A DNA stretch of 37,343 bases, taken from Octopus bimaculoides (lineage: Eukaryota). How positions within the stretch are numbered: position 1 is the stretch's first letter; each line of letters begins with the position of its first letter. Both the position numbers and the translations under genes were made by a program. Shown here one piece after another: positions 1-11,916 of this stretch. The notes beneath the pieces are model-generated. The model was not told the DNA's origin. It searched no databases and was given only the letters and a program-made list of their open reading frames with translations. Location of the stretch: positions 49,114,076 through 49,151,418 of the forward strand of contig NC_068999.1 of the NCBI RefSeq assembly GCF_001194135.2. Direction: 5' to 3'.

Positions 1-44
<44 letters not shown>

Positions 45-303
45 ACACATAGATAAATTCTAATCTATTTTGAGAGTTTCTCTATTGCTAGTAAGTGATC
101 ACACTACTTATGTGCTTCCTGTTAGTTTGACTCTTAATCAGTCTGCTATTTTCTCCGTTCTCTCCGGCTCTTTTATTGGTACTTCTCTATGACTGCGATC
201 TTTATATTTCTTCTCTAAATGGAATGCTGTTTGAATGTGTCTTATTAAGTGTGCTTGTGTGTAAAAGGTTTTTATTATTTTATTTCGGAGGTCTATATAA
301 AAT

Positions 304-806
304 TTGAATACAAAGCTGGAGATTGTTCAATTCCAGAATTATAATGGTTACAGTGCCACAGCAACCGCAACAGCAATGCGAGCATATAAGAAGAAGCATG
401 TCCTTCGTAATAATAATAATAATAATCCTTTCAGTTTAAGTGCCATAACACGTTTGATTAAACGTTTTGAAGAAACAAGTCTTCGTAATAGCTACTCGAC
501 TGGACGACTATCACTCAAAGACGATAGAATTCCTACTGCAAAAGACTCTTTAGAAAGATTACAAAGTGAAAATCCATTGGGTCATGCAAGCACCTCATAA
601 ATTCCACTCGATACAGAGATTCCACAACGAAGTGTTGTAAGAATTTCCCATAATAATAATGTTTATTATTCAAAAACCACAGACAATAACGGATCTAAGA
701 AAGAAGATAATGGACGAAACAAATGAATTTATTGAAGCTGAACTCTTATAAATTTAGAATGCTGTCATACAAAAAGAAAGAAACTTAATTTGAACACTTA
801 CTGAGA
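304..806 (+). pseudogene. Degraded, internally deleted Tc1/mariner-type transposase (DUF4817-like HTH N-terminus plus C-terminal tail)
   Basis: 304-650 reads ...SATATAMRAYKKKH...PFSLSAITRLIKRFEETS...TGRLS...*IPLDTEIPQRSVVRI, resembling the transposase HTH region. 660-806 reads KPQTITDLRKKI...FEHLL (FEHLL at 789-803), resembling the C-terminus of this family. No DDD/E core lies between them and no TIRs were found. Confidence 0.6.
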
Positions 807-1561
807 TGTTAGAACAAACCTTATTTTTATTGTTTTGTGTTAATGAAAAGCTTTCAATTGAATATTTACTGTGTAATGAAGCAAGTGAAAGGGCAGTGCG
901 TTGGTCGTGTTGTTGAGACATCTAACAAAATGCATCGAGGTGTTTGCTCAGTCTCTTTATGTATCGAGTTCAAATCCCACTGTGGTCGACTTCACCTTTT
1001 GTTCTTTCAGGTTTGATTTAATGAAGTACGAATCAAGTTCTGGGCTTGATTTAATCAACTCCTGGTCTGTATCACCATGCAATGGGGTGACATGGTATAG
1101 TAGAGCAAGTAAAAGAACATATATATATATATATATATATAATTACGTTACACTGTAAACTAGCACTTGTACCATTGAAACATTAGGAGGACCTAAGAGA
1201 GAGAGAGATGTCTTTGTATTTATGCTTTTTCTCCACCATCACTTGACAACTTGTGTTGATTTGTTTATGCTGTCTTAAATTAGTGGTTTGGCCTGAGAGA
1301 CTAATAAAAAAAGGACAAGGCTTCAAAAAAATAAAGTTTTGGGGGTCAGTTTGTTCAGCTAAACACTGTTCGTGGTGGCACCCTGGCATGCTGCAGTCCA
1401 ATGACTGAAACAAGTTAAATATAAAAGCTAAGAAAGCACGCACACACACACACACACACACTAAGAAAGTGTGTGTGTGTGGTCATACTTGCGGATGGGT
1501 GGTTAGTTTGTTTTTTTACCATTTAAACTCACACACTGTTTATTTGATCTTCCATTTAGTT

Positions 1562-1937
1562 TTTATTACCTCCGCCTTAGCGAAGGCAGAGGTATTGTTT
1601 TCAGTTGTGTTTGTTTGTTTGTTTGTCCGTGGACAAGCTATCTCAAAGATCGCTGGATGGATTCAGATGAAACTTTCAGAGAAGTTTGGCCTCGTGACCG
1701 GCACAAACTGATTAGATCTTGGGATTGATCTAGTACCAGACAAGGATTCTGGGTTATTTTTCCATTTTTTTTTTACTTAATTTTTGAGAGCAGTCGGGTT
1801 CATTTCTAGTATTCTCATTTGTGAGTGCAGTTGAGTTTATTTCAGACCTTCTCATTTTAAAAATCATCTATGGCCAATCGTTAAGAGGACATTGGTGTTG
1901 CCTTGGTAGAGGTTTGCGCTTTCTGAGTGCTCTTGTT
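1562..1937 (+). mobile_element. Non-autonomous Helentron/DINE-1-like (HINE) element
   Basis: 5' hairpin CCTCCGCCTT-agcg-AAGGCAGAGG (1569-1592), internal (GTTT)n, 3' inverted subTIR GGTAGAGG (1905-1912), terminal stem-loop GCGCT-ttctg-AGTGC (1916-1930), T-rich flanks. Confidence 0.65.
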
Positions 1938-1974
1938 CTTATCTTAAATTTTAGTTTCTATGGGGAGGGGGCCA

Positions 1975-2242
1975 TTCGATTAGATTGACCCCAGTATGCA
2001 ACTGGTACTTAATTTATCATCCCTGAAAGGATGAAAGGCAAAGTCAACCTCAGCGGAATGTGAACTCAGAATGTAAAGGCAGACGAAATACTGCTAAGCA
2101 TTTCGCCCGGTGAGCTATCCTTTCGGGGTCGATAAATTAAGTACCAGTTACGCACTGGGGTCGATGCAATCTACTTAATCCCTTTGTCTGTCCTTGTTTG
2201 TCCTTTCTGTGTGTAGCCCCTTGTGGGCAGTAAAGAAATAAG
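1975..2242. mobile_element. Composite tRNA-derived SINE (family A): minus-strand copy fused to a plus-strand 3' part
   Basis: 1975-2112 is the reverse complement and 2117-2242 the forward match of the full-length copy at 20620-20831. Confidence 0.8.
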
Positions 2243-2744
2243 AAAAGATACAATGGATAATGAAGTACCAGATAAGACTTTGTCTTGAAAAGACTGGATG
2301 GTTATAGGTTTGGTCAATAATGACAACAAACTTTTGTGGTTGCTATTTGCTTGGTAGGCCAAGCCCTTCACACAATTTCTGGTTAGATTCCTTGTACCAA
2401 GCCATTTTATTTCACTTACATGACTAATATCTTTGGGAAAGACAGACAAAAATATTGCAACATTTCCTCTCTTTTTCTCTCTCTCTCTCTCTCTCCTCCC
2501 CCGTTTCCTCTTTCTCAGTTCCTTCTCAAACAATTAAACTTTATTTCTCATTCTTATTGCTCAAAATCAATATTATTCACAAGCTTAATCCTGTGCAACA
2601 CTTTTATTTCATCGTTAACAATTGGAAACTGTGTAAAGATATTCAAAATAGTTTTTTCTGATGGATTTATGGAAAAGTCTGCAGTGACTCATTTTGCTAA
2701 AATACCTTTACTGGTCTTGAAAAATAACTGCTTGCCCATTTCTT

Positions 2745-2865
2745 CTTCTTCATCATCATATCATCTTCTTCTTTGACTTGTTTTCTTCTCCTCCTCCTTC
2801 AACTTCTGTTTTCTTCTTCTTCACCTCCTACTCTTCTTGTTCTTCTTCACCTCTTCCTTCTTCTC
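2745..2865. repeat. (CTT/CTC)n imperfect trinucleotide repeat
   Basis: Seen directly in the sequence. Confidence 0.85.
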
Positions 2866-3379
2866 CCGTGCTTGCTTGCTTGCTTTCTTTCTAGGCTTAA
2901 TGCAGATATCCAGTAGATCTTCTCAATTCTAATCCATATTGACAGCCACTGAAGAAAATGGTAAACTCCTGAGAGAAATAGCACTAGCTATTAATTATTG
3001 CTTCAGCAATGTAAGACAGAAATTGGTTATTAATTTCCAGTTGCCATCATCATCATCATCATCATCATCGCTTCTGTTCTGGTGGTAGGAGAGAGGCATG
3101 CTGGCATCCTTCACACACAAGGACTGAGAATTAACTCAAAGACAGCTATTTGACAGGTAAAATTTTATAGCTCAGGCTCTGTGGATAATGTTTAGAGAGA
3201 GAGACAGACAGATAGAGAAACAGATGGACAAAAGGACAGAGTGTAAAGAGAAACAATAGGGGAAAAAATGGTAGTGTCTTGAACATAACTTTATCAATAG
3301 ATTTATTAAAACATTTTTGTTTCCACCTGCCTCTTATTGATTACAGTCAAAAAGCTTCCCAGCTATGTGCATATGTCAC

Positions 3380-3524
3380 AACACACATATATGCATATGC
3401 ACACTTATATATATATATACATACATACATACATATATATATATATAAATGTATGAGTGTGTGTATGTTTATGTATTCATATGTGTATATATATATATAT
3501 GTGTGTGTATATATGTATGTATGA

Positions 3525-3602
<78 letters not shown>

Positions 3603-3650
3603 GTGTATATATGTGTGTGTGTATGAATGAATATATATATGTACACATGC
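3380..3650. repeat. (TA)n/(TG)n compound microsatellite
   Basis: Seen directly; it accounts for the IY/YI-repeat ORFs. Confidence 0.95.
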
Positions 3651-4119
3651 ACATAGAGTAATGTAATTTTTATTGCATGTCTGCAGTTTCTAAAATGTCT
3701 TAATCATTGGACTATAATGCTTTTAGGGGTTGTTGTTGGTGGTGGTGGTGTTGTTTCTCTCCTTTTTGCTATTTTGTTGTGGAACAGCCCCTGTCAGGTC
3801 TCTATTTTCTTTTCCAATTACTTAGAGTGGGGGCAGTTGTGGTGGGGACCGGTGTGGCTAACCTTCCATGGATAGAGTGAATGAACGAACGCAATATAGG
3901 AACATTTTTGTATTTGAGAGTAGCGATGGTGGTGGTGTGCATTAGGGGCAGGATTGGGAGGGGTTAACTGTTTAATGTCTACATTATGGTGTTGTTCAGA
4001 CACTAAGATGTGTGTGTATGGTGGGGTGGGGGGTGTTGTATTTTCCGTTCATTCGTGGTAGATGTGTATGCCTGAAAAGAAGGTGTTAAAAGTTCTTAAA
4101 GAGTTATCTATTCTACTAA

Positions 4120-4500
4120 ATGCTGCTGCTTCTACTACTGTCACCCTCACCACTACAACAGCAACATCACCTCTGCCATTACTTCTACCACCACTATAAT
4201 TTCTACGTCAACAACTACTACTACTGTTGTTACTACATCCATCTCTATCACCACTATGACGAACCACCACCACCACTACTACTAATAATAATAATAATGA
4301 TAATACTACTACTACTAACACAACTACTACTATTACCACTACCTCTGTTGCCACTACTACTACTACTACTACCACTACTGCCAACACCACCACCACCACT
4401 TCTGATACTACTACCATCACCGCAACAGTTATTACTATGACTGTTGCTACTACCACTGCCATCACCACTACTACTACTACTACCACTACTACTATCATCT
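4120..4500. repeat. Compound (ACT)/(ACC)/(AAT) trinucleotide microsatellite
   Basis: Seen directly; it accounts for the poly-L, poly-V and poly-S ORFs. Confidence 0.95.
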
Positions 4501-4845
4501 GTATGGAGATAAACAGTCAAATTCTTCTTTGAAACAACCTACAGGCCCAAAGATTTTGAGTAGTTTAAATTCATTCATTCATTTTTCTTTTTAATTAAGT
4601 TGTAATTGAATCTTTGGTAAATTGTAAAACAAATTACAACTTTTTAATTTTATTGTGGTAGCATCTTCTCTTAGATATTGTACAAACTGCTAATCTGAAT
4701 AACTAGTTTGTCTTCAAATGTTTTTAACAAATATAATCACCTTTATCTGAATAAGCTGTGCTAATGAATTTGGTTTAATTAAAATCCACTTTTTCATAAT
4801 GGCATTTTTGACAACCAGCCAAAGATGTGGACCGGATTCAGTTTC

Positions 4846-4915
4846 TTAACCTTTTTGATGCCAATCTGTCTGAGACCAACCTTGGTTTTATGATACAAAT
4901 TTCCAAATTTAAAGT
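4846..4915 (+). mobile_element. Possible piggyBac-like MITE terminus (fragment)
   Basis: Begins TTAA-CCTTTT, resembling the TTAA-CCCTTT terminus at 8295. The second end was not found. Confidence 0.3.
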
Positions 4916-5374
4916 AACGGGAACCCCTTTTTTTGTTAAAAAATTAGGTTAAAAAAATATGGGAGTTTCTTACACATGGATAGTACTATAATCCCTTACA
5001 AAACCTTTTTTCCAAATTTTAAGCCCCGCAAAATTAAGGGGTTCCCTATACACNNNNNNNNNNNNNNNNNNNNNNNNNNNNNNNNNNNNNNNNNNNNNNN
5101 NNNNNNNNNNNNNNNNNNNNNNNNNNNNNNNNNNNNNNNNNNNNNNNNNNNNNNNNNNNNNNNNNNNNNNNNNNNNNNNNNNNNNNNNNNNNNNNNNNNN
5201 NNNNNNNNNNNNNNNNNNNNNNNNNNNNNNNNNNNNNNNNNNNNNNNNNNNNNCTTATTTAATAGATCCTGAAAGGATGAAAGGGCAACGAAAAATGTTT
5301 AGAAGCAAATAATTAAATATCAGGAGGTTTTTTGTTGCTGGTCTTTTTTTTTTTTTCAGAGGGTGGGGTGGAGG

Positions 5375-5608
5375 GTCAGTTTTTATTCTTTTACTTGTTT
5401 CGGTCATTTGATTGCAGCCATGCTGGAGCACCACCTTGAAGAGGTTTTAGCTGAACAAATCAACCCCAGGACTTACTTCTTAAGCCTAGTACTTATTCTA
5501 TCATTCTCTTTTACCAAACTGCTAAGTTACAGGAACATAAACACACCAACACCAGTTGTCAAACAATGATGGTGAGGGGCAAACACAGATACAAAGACAT
5601 GCATACAT

Positions 5609-5649
<41 letters not shown>

Positions 5650-5830
5650 NNNNNNNNNNNNNNNNNATATAGACACATACATACATGCATACAATGGGCT
5701 TTTTTCAGCTTCCGGCTACAACCAAATCCACTCACAAGGCCTAGGTCGGCCCGAGGCTTATAGTAGAAGACACTTGCTCAAGGTGCCACGCAGTGGGACT
5801 GAACCCAGAACCATGTGGTTGGGAAGCAAG
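5375..5830 (-). mobile_element. tRNA-derived SINE (family B) with internal microsatellite and small gap
   Basis: Reverse-complement match to 11917-12255, including the head (gggactgaacccagaaccatgtggttgg). Confidence 0.85.
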
Positions 5831-6724
5831 CTTCTTACCACACAACCACACCATGCTAATTTTATGTTTTTATGTTAATCAAGAAATACATTATTTACCA
5901 TTTACTGCTGCTAACCATCTTGGTTCTTAGTTTTCTAATCGCAATAAAGCAATAGGATGCCAAAATTTCCTATCTAAAAGATTTGTTGGTGGTGGTGATG
6001 AGGAGTTACTTTCACCACAGAATGGGAAGGGGATATTCTGTAGCTAGAAATCTGTTAACTGTTAAATGGATTAACTTCCATGTGCTTTAGGTTGTGAGGT
6101 TTTTAGATTCTCCTCTTACATTACACAAATTTGTGTTAAATGATTAGGTGAAGTTTTTTTGTTTTGTTTTGTTTTGGGGTTTTTTTGTGTGTGTGTTCCT
6201 TAATTGAAGGCGAAATATTCTGGTGAAATGAAATATAGTGAAGGACTGTTGAAACCAGATTCTGTGTGATTGCCGAAAAACAACTAAACTACCCTTACCA
6301 ATAAAGATTATTTCCCTCTCATATATTCCTTGTGAACCAGACCTTGACACCTAACAAGTGTATTTGTCAGACCCACCACCCCCACAGAACATTAGCGTAT
6401 GATGTGTGTATCAAGCTCTCTACCGTCACAACAAAATGTTCAGAGATAATTCTGAAGTTTTCCTCCTGGATACATTATACATGATTAACTGGCAGAGTTC
6501 TTCCACACTGTTGACTGTTTGAAAAATTCTCATTTACAGAACGCGCACACACACACACACACACACTCACGCATGTGATACACACTGATATAAATCTTCC
6601 TGTAAAGTATTGAGTTGTACACCTCGACAAAGTATATTTTATATACAAGTTCAGTTAACTGAAGACTATAACTCTGCTACTACTTTGCAGTTGGAATGAT
6701 TTGTGTTAGGAAGAAAAGATATTA

Positions 6725-6990
6725 TTTATTCTTTTACTCTTTTACTTGTTTCAGTCATTTGACTGTGGCCATGCTGGAGCACCACCCTGAAAGGTTTTAA
6801 TCAAACAAATTGACCCCAGGACTTACTTTTTAACCAATGCAAACGCACCAAAACCAGTTGTCAGGCGGTAATGGTGGGGACAAACACGGACACAAAGGCA
6901 CATGTATACATAGATATNNNNNNNNNNTTTTCGGCTACCAAATCCACTCGCAAGGCTTTGGTCAGACCGAGGCTATAGTGGAAGACACTG
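6725..6990 (-). mobile_element. SINE family B, partial
   Basis: Reverse-complement match to the 3' and central parts of 11917-12255. Confidence 0.8.
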
Positions 6991-8332
6991 TCATGGTGCC
7001 CCAGTTCACTCAGCTGTAGAAACGAGTTGCGATGTCACTGGTGCCAAGCTGTATCGGCCTTTGCCTTTCTCTTGGATAACATTGGTGGCGTGAAGAAGGG
7101 AGGCTGGTATGCATGGGCGACTGCTGGTCTTCCATAAACAACCTTGCCCAGACTTGTACCTCAGAGAGAAACATTCTAGGTGCAATCCCATGGTCATTTG
7201 TGACCAAAAGGGGGTCTTTTTATTTAGTTAGTATTATAAATTTGATCACTTTACCTCACAACCACACATTGTTGCTCCATCTTAAACCCTCTCCCCTTCC
7301 CCTCCCCGTAATCCAATCAACAGATCTTCAACACCTTTGACAAACAACCAGCCAACCCATCCCCGGTGAATTAAATACATCCATTTAAAACTTTCTGCTT
7401 CCTTCTTTGCCGTTCACACTCCCGTGCGATCATTCTATCAATTATTCCAGTTGTTTAGCTTTCTCAGGTGTTACCTCTTGCTATATCAGTTGACCAAATC
7501 ATCCATAATCCGCGTCCCTCGCCGTCCTCTTTCACACCTTTTATTTGTGAGCCCAAACAATAGCTTCAGTTTTCTCCCTGTTGTCGCCTCCTCAATTACT
7601 CTGTTTGTCTAGCAGCTTCATCTCATTCACTTGAACCTTCTTGTTGGCTTTTGTATTCTGATTAAAGGGATACAAATACAACCCTGCCTCAACTTGAAAT
7701 AAGATACTGCTATTTTAGAACATTTATTCACCTTCACCTCAGCTAATGTGTTTGGTTTAAAACATACACACACAAACCAAAACACTCTCTCTCTCTCTCT
7801 CCCTCTCCCTCTCTCTCTCTCTCTCTCCCTCTCTCTCTCTCTCTATCATTATGTACCTGGATTTTATATCTCAACTTCAAAAGTTGGATGTGTGTTTGTG
7901 TATGTATAATGCGCATATATATATGTGTGTGTACATATACACACATGACATACATCTACAATCATACATACATGTGTGTGTGTGTATAGTGTACATTTAA
8001 ATGAAACTTGAAATTTAATTAGTTAACCAGGAAACGAGAAATATTCGAAAAAAACTACAAGGAAAATTTTTATTTCGGTGATATGATGGTATACATTTTA
8101 TTTTCCAATCCTTTTTCTCCCTACTGCATAAACTTTATATCTGATATAGATTTAAAAACCCTCTGTAATCCCTGCTTGGATTTACAGACATCACAACTGG
8201 ATAAAGTTCACTTCACAACCAAGTGAATTTGGTTTCAATTCTATTATATAGTACTTTGGGAAAATGTCTTCTATTATAGTGCTACAAGTGAAATTTAACC
8301 CTTTAGCATTCATATTACTCAAGTGTAATGCT

Positions 8333-8457
8333 TATTTATTACCTTCGCCTTAGCGAAGGGGAGGTATTGTTTTCAGTCCTGTTTGTTTGTTTGTTTGCCC
8401 GTGGACAAAATATCTCAAGAACCGCTGGATGGATTCGGATGAAACTTTCAGGGATGT
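8333..8457 (+). mobile_element. 5' part of a second Helentron/DINE-like element
   Basis: Close match to 1562-1685 (ttattacc..cgccttagcgaagg..gaggtattgttttcag..(gttt)n..ctggatggattc.gatgaaactttcag). Confidence 0.7.
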
Positions 8458-8544
8458 TGTTTTATTGCCATTTACTTACAAATATTATAAATTTTATAGG
8501 TAAAATATTTATCTGGGAACAAATTACAACTTATAACATTGCTA

Positions 8545-8632
8545 CTATGGAAAATTATTGCCCTGCTTAACGAGTTTTCGCTTTATGACTGGTCTCCGGG
8601 AAGAAATTAACTCATATGTCAAGGCATTACTG
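8545..8632 (-). mobile_element. Possible Tigger/pogo-type DNA transposon terminus
   Basis: The minus strand reads TA|CAGTAATGCCTTGACATATGAG..., a TA target plus a Tigger-like TIR start. Only one end is visible. Confidence 0.35.
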
Positions 8633-9664
8633 TACTTATTTTCCATGTGCTTAACCCTTGTGGGTCCCAAACTAATCCTGGCTGCTATCTCCACCTCTGA
8701 TTTTTTTTTTGTCTTCTTGTAACCTTCAAAAGATTGTTTACCTATTTTGTACTTACATGTTTTGTACTCACATAAACTTACTTTCAACATACTGTTCGTT
8801 TTCACACCCTGTTCACATTTAGTGCCTTATATCATTGTAATGTAGTTTTGTTTTATTCACACACATACACACTGTCACACGCACGCACACACATATCTGT
8901 GTTAGTCTCTTTAAAGCTGTCGTTACACACAGATCATTACAATTTCTTTGTAATAGTCTCTTTCTGATTGACACATTTGTCTCCTCGATTCCCTTCTCTG
9001 TCTTAGTGAAAGAAAGAAACCAAGCTAAAAGTATCTTAGAGAAACTGTACTGCATTATCTTGATAATCTCATTAAAACTAAATCGTAAATGAAAAATAAA
9101 ATGGGATAAAAGACACGGCTGTTTCTTTGATCTCTCAGAGCTAATCTCCATAATTTTGTACCATTTATCACAACTGAACTGATAAATGTGATTGTGTGTG
9201 TGTATGTGAGAGATGATGATGATGATGAAGGGAGGAGGAAGAGGTAAAAAGAGTGTGTAGAGTGGGTTATTATTTATTCATTTCTGTATGTCTTCTGGTG
9301 TTTTTAGTCTATGTATGTGTGATGAAGAGGGAAAGAGAGTGTGTGTGTGTGTGTTTATCTATTGTAGTAATGGTGATGGGTGTATTCTTTCTTGCATGTA
9401 CTTTTTACCTACCAGAAGTGATTCCTACCAAAAAAAAAAAAGGTTCATCGCTGACATGTTATCTCAGTCGCCTACACACAGCAATGAACTGTGCCTCTTG
9501 ATTCAACGTAAACCTTCTGTTTGATCACTTAATATGCTAGAAATAACAGCCGTTATTTCTGCTTCCTTCTTTGCCTAAAATCACACTCTCTATCATATTG
9601 GATTTTAAAAAAAGGATACCAGATAATTTGATCTTATGAGCAGCAGCAGCATTTAACATCCACG

Positions 9665-9803
9665 GACTTATTCTTTGTAAGCCTAGTACTTATTCTATCG
9701 GTCTCTTTTTGCCAAACCGCTACATTACGGGGACGTAAACACACCACCATCGGTTGTCAAGCAATGTTGGGGGGACAAACACAGACGCATAAACACACAC
9801 ACA

Positions 9804-9895
<92 letters not shown>

Positions 9896-10052
9896 TGCGA
9901 CAGGCTTCTTTCAGTTTCTGTCTACTAAATCCACTCACAAGGCTTTGCTCGGCCCGAGGCTATAGTAGAAGATACTTGCCCAAGGTTCCACAGTGGGAAT
10001 GAACCTGGAACCATGTGGTTGGTAAGCAATCTACTTACCACACAGCCACTCC
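9665..10052 (-). mobile_element. SINE family B, near full length
   Basis: Reverse-complement match to 11917-12255 with an expanded internal (TA)n. Confidence 0.9.
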
Positions 10053-10533
10053 TCCATGGAATTAATATATAAGTGGTTGAGTATTCCTTGAACATGTGTA
10101 CTTTTTAATATAGTTCTCCAATTGAACCAGCTTGATGCAATGTGACAACAGTTGGACCTTTGAATTACTGGTGCAATCCAAAGAAAGAAAGAACAAGAAC
10201 AATCAACACCACCACTGGACTGGTACTTTGTTTTTGACCCTGAAACTTTGAAAAGCAAAGTTGACCTTGGTGGGATTTGAACCTTAAGCGCAGAGCACCG
10301 AAACAAATGAGACATTCTTTCTGACACTGTAACAATTCTAATCAACAACATCCTTCCATTAGAAATTTCTACTTTGTGCTGGTGTCAAAAACCAGTTTTG
10401 CTTTGTTATTTTTACAAATTTTTTTAGTAATTAATGTGAGAATGTTTTAGGGGTTTTTTTTTCCCCAAAATATTATTTTTGTCATTTTAATTTCTGTCTT
10501 TTCTTCTATATTTTCAGTGAAACGTAAAAAAGA

Positions 10534-10664
10534 ATGACAACTGCTGCCCGGCCAACATTTGAACCGGCTCGAGGTGGCCGTGGGAAAGGAGACAATGACC
10601 TCAGTTCTTTGTCCAAGCAATACTCCAGCCGAGATCTACCTTCCCATAACAAGTTAAAATACAG
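10534..10664 (+). CDS. CWC15: CWC15 spliceosome-associated protein, coding exon 1
   Basis: [43 protein letters not shown](R) is the recognisable Cwf15/Cwc15 N-terminus. Acceptor ttttcag ends at 10517, implying an upstream UTR exon. Donor GTTAGT at 10665, phase 2. Confidence 0.97.
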
Positions 10665-10703
10665 GTTAGTTAAACCAGAAAATTTCTTTTTCATTTTCAT
10701 CAT

Positions 10704-11030
10704 CATCATCCTTTAACATCCATTTTCCATGCTGGCATGGGTTAGACGGTTTAACCAGAGCTGGGAAGCAGGAGAGCTTCACCAGGTTCCAATCTGATTT
10801 GGCTTGGTTTCTACCAGCGCTTTTATATGGCACTGGCTCTTGTGGGGGGGGGGGGGGGCAGCATTAACACTTTTGCCGTGGAAGACAGGTCTTCTTGAGT
10901 ACAGCAAGGTGCCAGATATCTTGGTCCTTTGTCATTTCCATAAGGTTTAGTTTCTTGAGGTCATCCTTTAGTACTTCGCCCCATCCATTTTGAGTGATCG
11001 TCTCGTCTTTATGGAGTTGTTGACATCCAT
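10704..11030 (-). mobile_element. RTE-type LINE 3' end with (GAT)n tail
   Basis: The minus frame reads GWGEVLKDDLKKLNLMEMTKDQDIWHLAVLKKT, similar to the RTE C-terminus at 36357-36581. The tail is ...ccatgccagcatggaaaatggatgttaaag(gat)n. Confidence 0.65.
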
Positions 11031-11069
11031 CTGTTGGTTTCATGTTCTACTATAGACATGGCCGTGTAG

Positions 11070-11390
11070 TTTAGAAGCTCACTTCACAACCATATGGTTT
11101 TGAATTCAATCCCACTGCACAGCACCTAAAGCAAGTGTCTTCTAATATAGTCTGAGGCTGACCAATGCCTTGCAAGTTAGACGGAAACTGTGTGGAAGCC
11201 TATCATATTTATGTGTGTCTTTGTTCTGTGTTTGTCACCACCACTTCTACTTGAAAACCAGTGTTGGTTTGTTTACATATTCATAACTTGCAGTTCAGCA
11301 AAAGAAACTGATAGAATAAGTGACAGACTTAAAAAAAAAATTCTTCAAGGTGGTGCCCCAGCATGGCCACAGTCTAATGACTGAAACATA
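11070..11390 (+). mobile_element. SINE family B, diverged
   Basis: Head, core and tail similarity to 11917-12255. Confidence 0.75.
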
Positions 11391-11916
11391 ATCTTTCTCA
11401 TTAAATTCTAATGTCATGTGTTAGTGTGTCGTGCGTATGTTTGCCGTCTGAAAACAGGTGTAGTTTATGTTAATGTGACTTTATGGCCTTTTATGAAAGT
11501 CAGTTTGAAAATTTTGTGGCCATTGAATCAATATTTGAAAAATGGTGCTAATGTTTTTATTATACAAAGAAATTAGCAGCAGTTCAACACAGTTATAATA
11601 AAATAAAAATGTGTTATAATCTCACATTACGAGCAAACACACACAAATAGTCGACTGTATTAATGCACACTTGAAATGATTTTGTAAAACATTTTATAAC
11701 AGAATCCCGGTGTTGTTTTAAGTACTTCAGCTGGTTGTTTTTTCCTTCTGTTTTTTTTTTATAAAAAAATGTATTTTATAAAATGTGGCACTATAACAGT
11801 TTAAAAAGAAATCATTTCAATATTTGTAATAATTTGATTAATTATTGATACAAACGACTGTTGCTTTGATTGTTTTTCTTTCTTCTGTCAACTGTTTTTG
11901 TTCAGTTGTCCACATA

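Noticed and set aside
2945-3157. Possible exons (TEENGKLLREIALAINYCFSN with AG/GT ends; 3041-3157)
   Set aside because: The splice-like ends are plausible, but there is no recognisable homology and the next candidate exon has stops in the compatible frame.
3279-4520. IY-repeat, poly-Leu, poly-Val and poly-Ser ORFs
   Set aside because: They are translations of microsatellites, open on both strands, with no splice or homology support.
7430-7620. Old RTE fragment on the minus strand (RGRRGTRIMDDL)
   Set aside because: Only one short motif is present and the surrounding frames do not support it.
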